Assembly (NCBI GenBank): GCA_963797095.1
Contig: CAWCNY010000002.1
Span: 928,001 to 992,000 of the forward strand
Length of the DNA: 64,000 bases
Source of the DNA: an uncultured Chloroflexia bacterium
GTDB lineage: Bacteria > Chloroflexota > Chloroflexia > QHBQ01 > JADMIH01
Reading direction: 5' to 3'
The notes below the pieces were generated by a model, which worked only from the letters and a program-made list of their open reading frames with translations, was not told the DNA's origin and did no database searches. Made by a program: the position numbers and the translations under genes. Positions within the stretch are counted from its first letter, which is position 1. Each line of letters begins with the position of its first letter. This document shows positions 48,224 through 58,616 of the stretch, in pieces.

Positions 48224-48952
48224 TTATATGTATAGCTTAGGGCATATCCAGGCCGCATCCATTGATACGTCAACAGGTAACGAAAGGTTCAATGGACAAA
48301 TCTCGCACACCGGCCTCGGCTTGCAAATCCGCTTAGCATGCAGCACGATCAGCGCGTGATACTCGTTGAACAATCCCGCATCGTGCGGCAGGTTATCCAT
48401 AAACACTCTCTGCACATCATGGTACGAAGCATTGGGCCGCACCAATCCCCACCTTATACAAAGTCGCAGTGCATAGGCGTCCGCCACAAATACCGCCCGC
48501 CCCAGCGCATACAACAGAATCGCGTCTGCCGTCTCAGGCCCGATCCCTTTCAGGGCAAGCAATTTCCCCCTCAACTCCTCCACTCCATCGCCCGAAGCCG
48601 CCAGGGCCTCCGGCCCCCCATTCTCCACCACAAAACCGGCCAGCGTGCGAATCCGCTCCGGCTTCTGGGTGTAAAACCCCGCCGTGCGCACAGCCGCCGT
48701 TACTTCCTCCAGGGGCGCATCTATCAGTACCTCAGGCCGCCTTAACCCATCCGCCCCCCACCTCGTCTCAATATTGCCCAGAGCCACTTCAACGTTCCTC
48801 CACGACGTGTGCTGGGTAAGGATCGCCCCCAGCATGATCTCCCATGCGCTCCCGGTGCGCGTAGGCCACCAGCTTTGCGACCCGTAATAGGCCAGCAAAG
48901 CGTCATGGATTGACATTAGTAGACGATGTAGATAAGGATCTGCTTCAGACAT
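48224..48952 (-). CDS. Endonuclease III-related HhH-GPD DNA glycosylase
   Basis: GAILTQHTSW, LKGIGPETAD, and Fe-S motif CKPRPVCEICPL. Confidence 0.9.
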   Translation of the reverse strand: MSEADPYLHRLLMSIHDALLAYYGSQSWWPTRTGSAWEIMLGAILTQHTSWRNVEVALGNIETRWGADGLRRPEVLIDAPLEEVTAAVRTAGFYTQKPERIRTLAGFVVENGGPEALAASGDGVEELRGKLLALKGIGPETADAILLYALGRAVFVADAYALRLCIRWGLVRPNASYHDVQRVFMDNLPHDAGLFNEYHALIVLHAKRICKPRPVCEICPLNLSLPVDVSMDAAWICPKLYI

Positions 48953-48991
48953 GAGCGGTTTGCAAAGTGCATAACGAAAGATAGGACGGTT

Positions 48992-49468
48992 TCAGGGACC
49001 GGTGACCACTACGTCGGCCAGGAGCGCTCCGCTCTTGTCGGCGAGGACGGCAGGTTCGATAAGGAACAGCGCATCATGCGCCCCCGCCGCCGCGTAGATC
49101 ATCGGCCACCGCAGCATCCTCTCGTCCATCAGCTTCCTGATCTCCATCGCATGCCCCAGCGGAGGCACTCCCCCGATAGCATATCCCGTATAGCGGCGCA
49201 CATCCCCCACCGGTGCCATCTTCACACTTTCGGCCCCCACCAGCGCCGCCACCTTCGCCGCGTCCACTTTCCTATCACCTCCGCAAATCACCAGCACAGG
49301 CTCCCCATCCGCCATGAACAGCAGCGACTTAGCGATGGCTCCCACCTCGCACCCCACCGCCGCTGCGGCCTCCGGCGCTGTGCGCGTGCTCTCCGACAGC
49401 CTCACCACCTGCACATCTATCCCCTGCTCGTGCAGCGCCGCCTGTACCCGCTCCGGCCCGCTTGCCAT
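48992..49468 (-). CDS. YbaK/EbsC family aminoacyl-tRNA editing protein
   Basis: STRTA, IAKSLLF, TGYAIGGVPPLGH, YAAAG. Confidence 0.9.
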   Translation of the reverse strand: MASGPERVQAALHEQGIDVQVVRLSESTRTAPEAAAAVGCEVGAIAKSLLFMADGEPVLVICGGDRKVDAAKVAALVGAESVKMAPVGDVRRYTGYAIGGVPPLGHAMEIRKLMDERMLRWPMIYAAAGAHDALFLIEPAVLADKSGALLADVVVTGP

Positions 49469-49504
49469 ATCTGCAACCCTCCTTTTCCGACAATATCGAT
49501 TATA

Positions 49505-50038
49505 TCAAGGGATAACCCGGTCCCCTTGGCCTAAAGATTCAGGAGAGAGCACCTTCAACATCTGCCGGTAAATAACCCGGTATCCAAGCTCCTCATAAAG
49601 CGCTCGCGCCCTCACGTTGAACTCCCACACTGTCAACTCGACCTGGCTCGCACCATGCTCGACTGCCCACGCCTCAGCAGCCGCCATCAGCTTATGTCCG
49701 ATCCCATGCCCTCTATACTCCTCTCCAACCTCGATATCCGTTAGCAGCGCATAATGCCTCAGCACAATCCCCTGCTGATCCTCCATGCTATGCAGCATCA
49801 ACTGAACAAAGCCCACCACCCCGCCGCCCGTCCCGTCCGCCTCTACACGCTCTGCGACAAGCAAACCGCTGTTCAGCCCTGAGATCACCCTCGATATGTA
49901 CTCTTTCGGCATGACCCGCTCCGACGACGGCGCGATGATCCCCGGCTCCCCCGCGTGGTGTATATCCGTGCCCGCCGCGAAAAGCTCCATTAGCTCTTCG
50001 TAGTCATCCTCCACCGCTTCTCGAATCATGATATCCAT
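49505..50038 (-). CDS. GNAT family N-acetyltransferase
   Basis: YRGHGIGHKLM and NVRARALYEELGY. Confidence 0.9.
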   Translation of the reverse strand: MDIMIREAVEDDYEELMELFAAGTDIHHAGEPGIIAPSSERVMPKEYISRVISGLNSGLLVAERVEADGTGGGVVGFVQLMLHSMEDQQGIVLRHYALLTDIEVGEEYRGHGIGHKLMAAAEAWAVEHGASQVELTVWEFNVRARALYEELGYRVIYRQMLKVLSPESLGQGDRVIP

Positions 50039-50072
50039 CTGCTTCCACCCTCAAGCCATCATCGGTTACTTC

Positions 50073-50990
50073 TCATCCTCGTGCGTCAATCGCCGGAATT
50101 ACCTCCCCCATCAGCGTCTCAAGCGTAATCAGGTTGGGCACGCCCGGTGTCCCGAACATGAAGTAGTCCACTCCCATCTCTATGAGCTCGTTTATCTTAT
50201 CTATGACCTCCTGCGTGGTCCCCTTGATCCCGCCCGCCGGGAGGTGACGCTCTCCCATAAGCGCCCGCAGCGCCGCCTCATTTGGCGCGCAAGCACACCC
50301 ACCAAACCACGACCGCCGCTGGCTCCTGGGGTCTTTGCCAAGCTTCTCGCACGCCTGCTCGTACACTTCCACCATCCCACGGTAGTCCTCGATGCTCGTC
50401 CACGATACATTCCACCAGTCTGCGTGCAGCGCCGCTACGCCGATCATCCTGGGCTTCATAGCCCCGATCATGATCGGAGGTACAGGATCGGGCTTCGGCT
50501 CGCACCACGCCTCCTTCACCCTGTAATACTCTCCCTCATAAGTCGCCGGCTCGTCGTGCCACATCGCCTTGATAATGTGTATATACTCTTCCAACTGGTC
50601 CACCCTCACGCCTGCGGGCGGGAAATCATACCCATACGCCTCATACTCATCCTCTTTCCACCCCGACCCTAGCCCCAAAATAAACCTTCCGCCGGTCAAG
50701 AACTGCATCGTGGCACCCATCTTTGCCACCAATGCCGGGTTTCGGTACGATTGGCAGACTACCGCCTGCCCAACCTGGAACTGCTGGTGCAGCGCCGCCA
50801 CATAAGCCACCGTAGTCCAGGCTTCCAGCACATCCCGGTTATCGGCCTGCAAGTGGTCCACAAGCCAGGCCGAATCGAACCGGTCCTTGACCAGGTTCAA
50901 CCCTCTATCAATTACCGCCAGGTGCTCCCCACGAAGCGACTTATCAGGCATCCCATTAGGCATGGTCCAACCGAATTGTATACGTGCCAT
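50073..50990 (-). CDS. LLM-class flavin-dependent oxidoreductase
   Basis: WLVDHL and YRNPALVAKMGATMQFLTGGRFILGLGSGW. Confidence 0.9.
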   Translation of the reverse strand: MARIQFGWTMPNGMPDKSLRGEHLAVIDRGLNLVKDRFDSAWLVDHLQADNRDVLEAWTTVAYVAALHQQFQVGQAVVCQSYRNPALVAKMGATMQFLTGGRFILGLGSGWKEDEYEAYGYDFPPAGVRVDQLEEYIHIIKAMWHDEPATYEGEYYRVKEAWCEPKPDPVPPIMIGAMKPRMIGVAALHADWWNVSWTSIEDYRGMVEVYEQACEKLGKDPRSQRRSWFGGCACAPNEAALRALMGERHLPAGGIKGTTQEVIDKINELIEMGVDYFMFGTPGVPNLITLETLMGEVIPAIDARG

Positions 50991-51091
50991 TTTCTTTACT
51001 CCTCATTCTCTAATTCCCGAAATCTGAATATGGCATTAACACCCCTGGCGCGAATCGCCCACATAGGATAACATATCGTATCCGGACCAAA

Positions 51092-51180
51092 CAGACGACG
51101 GCAGACGAAAGACAAAAGACAGACGATACGCAATAATCACTCGCCACTCGCCACTCATCACTCGTAATCACCCATCACGC
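51092..51180. repeat. Degenerate heptamer repeats (AGACGAA-like, CACTCGC-like)
   Basis: Visible 7-bp periodicity in the intergenic region. Confidence 0.6.
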
Positions 51181-51196
51181 TCCAGGAGCCAAAAGA

Positions 51197-52480
51197 ATGA
51201 CTACAAACACCCAACCCACACCACTCATCGACTCCGACTGGGTGCGCCCCCAGTTCCCATCCCTCTCCGTGGAGCAGGACGGCACCCCCGTCCTCTACCT
51301 TGACAACCCTGCGGGCACCCAGGTCCCACAACGCACCATCGACGCCATCGCCAACTACTTCGCCAGCGCCAACGCCAACACCCACGGCCCCTTCCTCACC
51401 AGCCGCCGCACCGACGCCGTCATCTCCGCCGCCCGTCAGGCTATGGCCTCTTTCCTCGGCGCTTCCTCCCCCCATGAGATCGTCTTCGGCCCCAACATGA
51501 CCACCCTCACCTATTCCCTCAGCCGCGCCATAGGCCGCTACCTCTCCCCACACGACGAAATAATCGTCACAGACCTCGATCACGACGCCAACATCAGCCC
51601 CTGGACCTCCCTCCAGGAGCGCGGCATGAACGTGCTCCGCACCGGGATCAACCACGAAGACTGCACCCTCGACCTCGATGCGCTGGCCGCTATCATCTCC
51701 CCCAGAACCCGCCTCATAGCCGTCACCTACGCCTCCAACGCCGTCGGCACCATCACCGACCTGGCCCGCGTCGTAGAGATGGCGCACGCAGTGGGCGCGT
51801 GGGTGTGGGTAGATGCCGTCCACTTCGGACCCCACGGCCCCATCGACGTGCAGGCCCTCGACATCGACTTCCTGGTCTGCTCCTCTTACAAGTTCTTCGG
51901 CCCCCACATCGGTATCCTCTGGGGCCGTCACACCCTCCTCGACCGCATCCCCGCCTACCAGTTGCGTCCTGCCCCCCACACCGTCCCCGAAAAGTTCGAG
52001 ACCGGCACCAAAAACCACGAATGCCTGGCGGGCCTGGCCGCCACTATCAATTACCTGGCCGACCTCGGCAGGCGCTCCGCGGGCCTCACCGAGTCCGAAG
52101 GCAATCTTCGCCCCTCCCTCGTTTCAGCCATGACCTCCATTCGTGCCTACGAAACCACCCTCAGCGCCACCCTCCTTGATGGCCTCCTCTCCATACCCAA
52201 CCTTCGCCTCTACGGCATCTCCGACCCCGCCCGCCTCGACCGCCGCGTGCCAACCTTCGCCTTCACCCTCGGTGACATGCCAAGCCCCGAACTCCAGCTC
52301 CTCCTCGGCGAGCGCGGCATATTCTCCTGGTCAGGCAACTACTACGCCCTGGCTATCATGCAGCAACTGGGCCTGGAAGGCAAAGGTGGTGCTCTCCGCG
52401 TAGGAGCAGTCCACTACAACACCCTCAACGAGATCGACCGCCTGATAGAATCCCTCAAAGCTATAGCCGCAGGCCGCTAA
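51197..52480 (+). CDS. Cysteine desulfurase-like PLP aminotransferase class V
   Basis: YLDNPAGTQVP, DHDANI, DAVH, SSYKFFGPH, FETGT. Confidence 0.9.
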   Translation: MTTNTQPTPLIDSDWVRPQFPSLSVEQDGTPVLYLDNPAGTQVPQRTIDAIANYFASANANTHGPFLTSRRTDAVISAARQAMASFLGASSPHEIVFGPNMTTLTYSLSRAIGRYLSPHDEIIVTDLDHDANISPWTSLQERGMNVLRTGINHEDCTLDLDALAAIISPRTRLIAVTYASNAVGTITDLARVVEMAHAVGAWVWVDAVHFGPHGPIDVQALDIDFLVCSSYKFFGPHIGILWGRHTLLDRIPAYQLRPAPHTVPEKFETGTKNHECLAGLAATINYLADLGRRSAGLTESEGNLRPSLVSAMTSIRAYETTLSATLLDGLLSIPNLRLYGISDPARLDRRVPTFAFTLGDMPSPELQLLLGERGIFSWSGNYYALAIMQQLGLEGKGGALRVGAVHYNTLNEIDRLIESLKAIAAGR

Positions 52481-52643
52481 ACCTCCCCCCACACTCCCCA
52501 ACATCAAAAGAACTACTTCCCACACCAACCTTCGTCCCATCTCCTTCCAGTCCTTGGCACGATGTATCTTGCCGCGCCCGACCGCATAATAGCCACCGGC
52601 AACTCATCTGCTTCAAGCCTTAAACCGCAAAGGAGACCAACTC

Positions 52644-53195
52644 GTGAACAAACGCCTTTCCTTTCTGACAATTCTTCTACTACTACTATCAGCCTTCATC
52701 TTCGCCGCCTGCGATTCCGGTACCCCCGCCACCCCCACCGTCACCCAGGACGACACCCCCGGCATCAACATCACCCGCTCCGACTACAATTCCGCCCTCG
52801 CCAAATGGCAGGTCCTCAACGTACAGGAATATAACATCTCCGAAGACTACAGCGCCTTCTCCACGCTGGCGGGTTCCTGGGAGCTACACGTGACCAAAGA
52901 CGCCATCGAGCCGACAAGCTTCTCCCGAAGCGGCACCCCCACCACCCCCACCCCCGGTCAGGACCTCTACCTTCTCACAGTTGACGGCATCTTCAACAAC
53001 ATCGACCGCGTCCTCACCGACACCGCCCAGTCCGAGCAAACCTACGCCTTCCAATACAAAGTCCAGTTCGACCCCGACAAAGGCTACCCCACCCACTTCT
53101 CAGCCCGCAGCGTCCCCAATCCCACCACAGGCTCCGGTGTAATCGCCGACGCCGACTACACTATCGATGTGAAAAGTTTGAGTATTATCAAGTAA
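52644..53195 (+). CDS. Putative lipoprotein (DUF6174-like)
   Basis: GGAG RBS, GTG start, lipobox FAAC, TVDGIF...FDPDKGYP. Confidence 0.7.
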   Translation: MNKRLSFLTILLLLLSAFIFAACDSGTPATPTVTQDDTPGINITRSDYNSALAKWQVLNVQEYNISEDYSAFSTLAGSWELHVTKDAIEPTSFSRSGTPTTPTPGQDLYLLTVDGIFNNIDRVLTDTAQSEQTYAFQYKVQFDPDKGYPTHFSARSVPNPTTGSGVIADADYTIDVKSLSIIK

Positions 53196-53393
53196 TCACC
53201 TCTCAACCCACGCCCAAACTACCGCTGAGGGGGCTTATAAACTACAGGTCCCCTCTCCCCAACCACCAACCGCAGCCATGCAAGGCGTAGCCCCAATCCT
53301 ATTCCTTCCGGTAATAGTCTGGATCTTAACCAGGCTCTTCAAGCGCCTCGGCTTCTAACAACACTCCACCCCATCGAAAAGGACAATCTCGCA

Positions 53394-53912
53394 ATGCCCC
53401 TCCTCCCCTATCAAGGCAAAACCCCCACCATCGGCCAGAACTGCTACATAGCCCCCACCGCCGTCCTGATAGGCGATGTCACCATAGAGGACGGGGCAAG
53501 CGTATGGTTCGGCTGCGTCCTCCGAGGCGACGTTGCTCCCATACACATCGGCAAGCGCACCAACATCCAGGACAACACAGTAATCCACGGCGACGATGGC
53601 TCCCCCACCACCATCGGCGACGATGTAACCGTAGGCCACAGCGCCATCGTCCACGCCGCCACCGTCTCCGACCGCGTCCTCGTCGGCATGGGCTCCGTCC
53701 TCCTGAGCCGCTGCCGCATCAACTCCGACACCATAATAGGCGCACGCGCTCTAGTCACCGAAGACGTAGAGATCCCCTCAGGCGTCTTAGCCGTAGGCAT
53801 GCCCGCCCGCCCCAAACGCCCCCTCACCGACCACGAACGCCACTCCATCCTGGAATCCGTCCAACACTACCTCGACTACGCCTCCCACTACCAAACCCAC
53901 CCCACCCCCTAA
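53394..53912 (+). CDS. Gamma carbonic anhydrase family protein
   Basis: Hexapeptide repeats, LRGD, NIQD, VGHSAIVH. Confidence 0.93.
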   Translation: MPLLPYQGKTPTIGQNCYIAPTAVLIGDVTIEDGASVWFGCVLRGDVAPIHIGKRTNIQDNTVIHGDDGSPTTIGDDVTVGHSAIVHAATVSDRVLVGMGSVLLSRCRINSDTIIGARALVTEDVEIPSGVLAVGMPARPKRPLTDHERHSILESVQHYLDYASHYQTHPTP

Positions 53913-53914
53913 AT

Positions 53915-53954
53915 CCCACTCCCCACTCCCCACTCCCCACTCGTCACTCGTCAC
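53915..53954. repeat. Heptamer tandem repeat (CCCCACT, then CGTCACT)
   Basis: Read directly from the sequence. Confidence 0.8.
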
Positions 53955-54770
53955 CAAAAATCATACCTTTGGCCACTTGCAAACATAGAACAAGTATGCT
54001 AAGGTCAATAGTGAAATAGCTAATTCACCTCCGAGCCGCGCAGCAAGGAGGACATAGAGACAAGACTGGTGTCCCTGTGTTACATGCGTTTAGCACCTTA
54101 CCAGAGGCACAAACAAAAAGGAGAGAGCAGCCAAAGCCGCAGGCCGCACCCGTGTTGCATCACAACTGCACCACGACCACAATCTCAAAAAGCGCTCCGG
54201 TCTCCCAACACCGGATCCCGCAAGGGAAATAGCACGGAACAGTGCTCAAGTGTGCATTCGTGTCACACCCTCTAAAGGCCAAAAGAGCACCGTCCGACAC
54301 CAACCAGTGCGCCACAGGGACACCATCCCAAAAGCCAACCATCCACCGCTCTACTAACGATGACCTACAAGCAAACGAACCAGGAAACACCCTGTCATCC
54401 TGAGCACTTCGCTAACGAAAATATGGCAAGAAACGAACCAACAAAGGCCTTGTCATCCTGAACGAAGTGAAGGATCTCGCTCTCAGAGATCACCCTTCGG
54501 CAACAAACCAGGCCAGAGAGTGCCCACAACGAGCAAGGTCCCCACAAAGCAAAAGATCAGGCTGCGTTTCCAGCAAGGTAATCCTTAGCAGCGCACAACC
54601 AACAACCAAACAGAAAAATGAAAAGGGTGCATGAGATCCCAAAAGATCCCAATACACCCTCTTCTCCATACCCATCCACCAGAACCTCGAACTTCAAACT
54701 AAAAACCCAAAAGAATCTTCGTGCCCTTCGTACTTTTTCGCCTCTTCGTGTACAAAAAACAAAAAGAACC

Positions 54771-55091
54771 CTACTGACCGTCCACACTCTGCCCGGCAGG
54801 CACAACACTCACCGGGGCTACCCCGGCCACATTCGTACCCGCACGCGACGCCTCCCGCTGCGGCCATTCGACCGTCAGCATCAGGCCCAATATGGACGCC
54901 AACAGCGCCCCAAGCAATACAGTAATCGTCACAAACTCGGTAATTCCCGCACTCATATTGAACATAGACCGCAGGAGCAATACAATGACCGCCCCTGTTA
55001 CCGCCCCCAACAATCCGCCTGCCATAGACATCACCAACACAAATGCCGCAATCAGCACAGCACGCCTAGAGCCTTTCTTGATCCTTGCCAT
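54771..55091 (-). CDS. Small hypothetical membrane protein
   Basis: GAGGGAG before the ATG; two or three hydrophobic segments. Confidence 0.55.
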   Translation of the reverse strand: MARIKKGSRRAVLIAAFVLVMSMAGGLLGAVTGAVIVLLLRSMFNMSAGITEFVTITVLLGALLASILGLMLTVEWPQREASRAGTNVAGVAPVSVVPAGQSVDGQ

Positions 55092-55419
55092 CTCCCTCAG
55101 TCTCCTCTGTGTAGCGCCATGGTCTGCTCTATCGCTCGTCACGAAAACATAACCGCCCACAGCCGCCTTGCTATGCCCACCTGGGCCTTGTCCTTGTCCT
55201 TTCTACCTCTCTAGCTTGCGATTCATCCGCTCCTGCGTCCACTCGCGATTCTTATTACCACCTCACCTGCTTCCGTCAGTGATGTGGAGTAGAATATAGC
55301 ATACGGCCAGGATGCATAAGCGCGGATGTGCATATGTGTAAATCAACTGTTCGGTCCCACAAACCTCCGGTTTCGCCCAAAATTGCGCTCAATCATAAAA
55401 GCAAGAAACAGGCCAGGCC

Positions 55420-55908
55420 ATGAAACCCGAAATCCTGGATAAAGTCCGCAAAATGATAGAAACCCGCAAGCTCCTGGGGCCTTCCGCCACCGGCGCCGAC
55501 CTCCCCTGGTCCTGCGACGAAACTCCGCCCCCTCTCTTCTACACCGGCCTCGAGCAATTCAACCGGGGCGAGTACTTTGAGCAGCACGAATCCCTCGAAG
55601 AGATCTGGATCTTGGAGCCACGCCCCATCCGCTACGTCTACCAGGGCATCCTCCGCATAGGCGTGGGCTTCTATAAGCTTCGCCTGTGCAACTACAGGGG
55701 CATCGTCAACCATATCAACGGGGGTATCGCCTACCTGCAACCCTTCGGCGATGAATGCCTGGGCGTAGACCTCGCCCGCCTGACCCATGAGGCCACCCAG
55801 GTCCGAGACAAAGCTATCGAGCTAGGCCCCGACCGACTATCCCAGTTCGACCTCACCACCCTACCCAAAGTCCACTACAAACACCCCGGCACGTCCCCTC
55901 ACTCATAG
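55420..55908 (+). CDS. DUF309 domain protein
   Basis: FNRGEYFEQHESLEEIW...YQGILRIGVG. Confidence 0.85.
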   Translation: MKPEILDKVRKMIETRKLLGPSATGADLPWSCDETPPPLFYTGLEQFNRGEYFEQHESLEEIWILEPRPIRYVYQGILRIGVGFYKLRLCNYRGIVNHINGGIAYLQPFGDECLGVDLARLTHEATQVRDKAIELGPDRLSQFDLTTLPKVHYKHPGTSPHS

Positions 55909-56384
55909 GTCCGCTTAGCCGCCCGATCCAGCGCGAACACTCCGCTATCCTCGGCCACTGCCACCACCAGATCGGGTACATGCAGCGCCTTCTCCACCCC
56001 TATGCGCACCCTGTAGAACAGGTACGAAGACGCTACTGCTGCCACAACTCCTACCGCCGCTCCCGCCACCGCAGGCTTATCCGCCTCGGCAAACGCAGCA
56101 GCCCCCGCCGTGGCCCCCGCTACTGCTCGCCCCAGCAACGGCAGCGGAGCAATCCGGGCAGGCAGGATCGGCAGCTTATCCAGCACTATCTCGACTAACT
56201 GCCCCAATGTGGCCAGCATCGCCATCTGGGGATTTGCCAGCAACCAGAAGATCGACTTCTCAAAGCCCTTAGGGTGCCCTGCCGCCCGCCGGGTAATCGC
56301 AGCAGGTCCGGCCACAGACCTCATCCCCGACATAACCCCCAGAATGGCCGCCCGAGCCACCACATTAGTCTCCAAGCTACTCAT
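55899..56384 (-). CDS. DUF4126-like membrane protein
   Basis: SGMRS, EIVLDKLP...R, VAVAED; GGAG RBS. Confidence 0.7.
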   Translation of the reverse strand: MSSLETNVVARAAILGVMSGMRSVAGPAAITRRAAGHPKGFEKSIFWLLANPQMAMLATLGQLVEIVLDKLPILPARIAPLPLLGRAVAGATAGAAAFAEADKPAVAGAAVGVVAAVASSYLFYRVRIGVEKALHVPDLVVAVAEDSGVFALDRAAKRTYE

Positions 56385-56400
56385 ACCTCTCCTCTCCAAA

Positions 56401-56497
56401 CCTACCGACTACCGATTACCGACTACCGACTACCAGCAACTAGGAACTAGGAACTAGGAACCCCACACTCGCTACTCGCTACTCGCTACTCGCAACT
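56401..56497. repeat. Three abutting heptamer tandem repeats (CTACCGA, AACTAGG, ACTCGCT)
   Basis: Read directly from the sequence; the last block overlaps the 3' end of cca. Confidence 0.85.
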
Positions 56498-57845
56498 CAG
56501 GATGCCCCGCCACATACTCCCGCGCCAATCGCTCGCCTTCCACCTTATCGTCCTGCGACAGCGCCCCATCCAGCACAAGCCCCAGCAGATAATCCTTGAT
56601 CTCCCCGATCCACCGCCCTGGCTTGCCCCCGAACATCTCCATCAATTCGTTACCGTCCAGCGGGCTATGCAACTTCTCTACATCCTCTTGCGCCCTTATC
56701 TCCTCGCACCTCTGGTACAGCGCGTCCACCTTAGCCAGGGCAGCCGCCACCCGCTGCGCCCGTTGCGAAGTAATATCAGCCCTCGATAACAAGAACAACC
56801 TCTCCGTGATCGGCGCGGTCTCCCTCATGAAGCGGCGCACCGCCCCGTCCGTCCAGCTTTCATCGTATACCCCGATCCGCAGGTGCTCGGCCACCAGTTG
56901 CACCACAGGCTCTATCACCTCGGCAGGCCGCCTCAACCTGTTCAGGATGCTCCGCGCTATCTTCGCCCCCACCCTGTCGTGCCCGAAGAAGTGCACTTCC
57001 CCATCGGTCACACTGTAGGTAGCAGGCTTGGCGATATCGTGCAGCAATCCAGCCCACCTCAGCACAAGGTCGGGCGGCGTCCGGTCCAGCACCTTGAGCG
57101 TGTGCGGGTATACCTCCTTGTAATGGTACGCCCCGCGCTCCATCTCGTGCATCTCCAGCAACTCCGGGATCGTGTAAGCCAGCAACCCCAGGCTGTCCAA
57201 CCCCTCGATTCCCTCGCTGGGCACGGGCGCGAGCAGCATCTTGTCCAGCTCGTCCCCGATCCGCTCCCAGGCTACCTCCTTCAGCAGGTGCCCCACTCGC
57301 CTGATAGCCTTCTTGGTCTCTCGCTCAACGAAGAACTCCAGGCCCACCGCCAGCCTTACAGCCCTCAGCATCCTCAAAGGGTCTTCTTGAAATCGTTCCT
57401 CGGCGTCCCCCACCGCCTGGATGAGCCTGTGCTCGATATCCAGCTGCCCGTTGAATGGGTCGTGCAACTCGCCTGTATGCATGTCGCGTGCGATAGCGTT
57501 CACCGTGAAGTCGCGGTGCGCCAGGTCCACATACAAGCCCCGAAGTGCAGACTTCTTCGAATGCCCCTCCCTAACCTCCTCCTGCGCCCGAAAGGTGGTC
57601 ACTTCGACCGTAAAATCGTCCACGATAGCGCTAACCGTCCCGAACTTCTCGCCCAGCGCGAACATCACGTCAGGCCGAGACGCCTCAAGTATGCTCCTTA
57701 TCACAGGCACGGGCGCGTTGGTAGTCAGGTCATAGTCGTGTATCTCGCGCCCCATCAGTTGGTCGCGCACGCTCCCGCCCACCAGGTACATCCTGTACCC
57801 GGCCCCTTCTGCGTTCTTCACCAATCTGTCGAGAAACCTATCCAT
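56472..57845 (-). CDS. cca: CCA tRNA nucleotidyltransferase with HD domain
   Basis: LVGGSVRD, DYDLTT, EVTTFR, RDFTVNA, EDPLRMLRA, LLHDIAK. Confidence 0.9.
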   Translation of the reverse strand: MDRFLDRLVKNAEGAGYRMYLVGGSVRDQLMGREIHDYDLTTNAPVPVIRSILEASRPDVMFALGEKFGTVSAIVDDFTVEVTTFRAQEEVREGHSKKSALRGLYVDLAHRDFTVNAIARDMHTGELHDPFNGQLDIEHRLIQAVGDAEERFQEDPLRMLRAVRLAVGLEFFVERETKKAIRRVGHLLKEVAWERIGDELDKMLLAPVPSEGIEGLDSLGLLAYTIPELLEMHEMERGAYHYKEVYPHTLKVLDRTPPDLVLRWAGLLHDIAKPATYSVTDGEVHFFGHDRVGAKIARSILNRLRRPAEVIEPVVQLVAEHLRIGVYDESWTDGAVRRFMRETAPITERLFLLSRADITSQRAQRVAAALAKVDALYQRCEEIRAQEDVEKLHSPLDGNELMEMFGGKPGRWIGEIKDYLLGLVLDGALSQDDKVEGERLAREYVAGHPELRVASSE

Positions 57846-57858
57846 AGAATATGCTGAA

Positions 57859-58578
57859 TCACTTCCGCTCGCCGAACACCGCTCGACCGAGGCGCACCAT
57901 CGTCGATCCTTCCTCTATCGCTATCTCATAATCGTCGGTCATTCCCATACTCAGGTGCTTCCACTCGCCAACCCCGGCGTGCGTCTTCCTTAAGCCTTCC
58001 AGCATCCGCCTCAATCCACCGAACGTCCGGCGCAATTCCTCTTCGTCCGCGCCCAAACGTGCCACCGTCATCAAGCCCATCGCTCTCAGGCACCCATGAT
58101 CCGCCAGTGCATCGGCCAGCCTCGGCAATTCCTCCGGAGCCACCCCCGACTTGGCTTCCTCCCCCGTCATGTTCACCTCAAGCAGTACCGGCAATACGTC
58201 GCCCCCTCGCTCGCAAGCATCCCTATCCAGAGCCGCCATCAGCTCAACCCTATCAACAGACTGCACCCAGTCGAACAACTCGACCGCACGCCGGGCCTTG
58301 TTCCGCTGCAACGCCCCGATCATATGCAAAATGATGCCCTTCCGAGACACCATACTCGCATCTTTCAGGCCCCGCGCAGCAAACTTCAACTCCGCTTCCT
58401 GCACCCGATTCTCCCCCAGATGCGTTACGCCCGCCTCCACCGCCGGCCGAATACGCTCCACAGGCACAGTCTTGGTCACCGCCACCAGCGTCACATCCTG
58501 AGGCTCACGACCCGCTGTTTCAGCAGCGCGAGCTATCCTATCCCGTATGTCCTCCAGGTTATCCGCAACGCTAGCCAT
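57859..58578 (-). CDS. yggS: YggS/PROSC PLP-binding protein
   Basis: VAVTK, GENRVQE, HMIGALQRNK, LSMGMTDD, MVRLG. Confidence 0.94.
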   Translation of the reverse strand: MASVADNLEDIRDRIARAAETAGREPQDVTLVAVTKTVPVERIRPAVEAGVTHLGENRVQEAELKFAARGLKDASMVSRKGIILHMIGALQRNKARRAVELFDWVQSVDRVELMAALDRDACERGGDVLPVLLEVNMTGEEAKSGVAPEELPRLADALADHGCLRAMGLMTVARLGADEEELRRTFGGLRRMLEGLRKTHAGVGEWKHLSMGMTDDYEIAIEEGSTMVRLGRAVFGERK

Positions 58579-58616
58579 ACCTATTACAAATCTCCGTGCC
58601 TCTGTGTCTCTGTGGT

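Noticed and set aside
53986-54001. LexA box TAGAACAAGTATGCTA
   Set aside because: Two mismatches to GAAC-N4-GTTC and no clear downstream gene.
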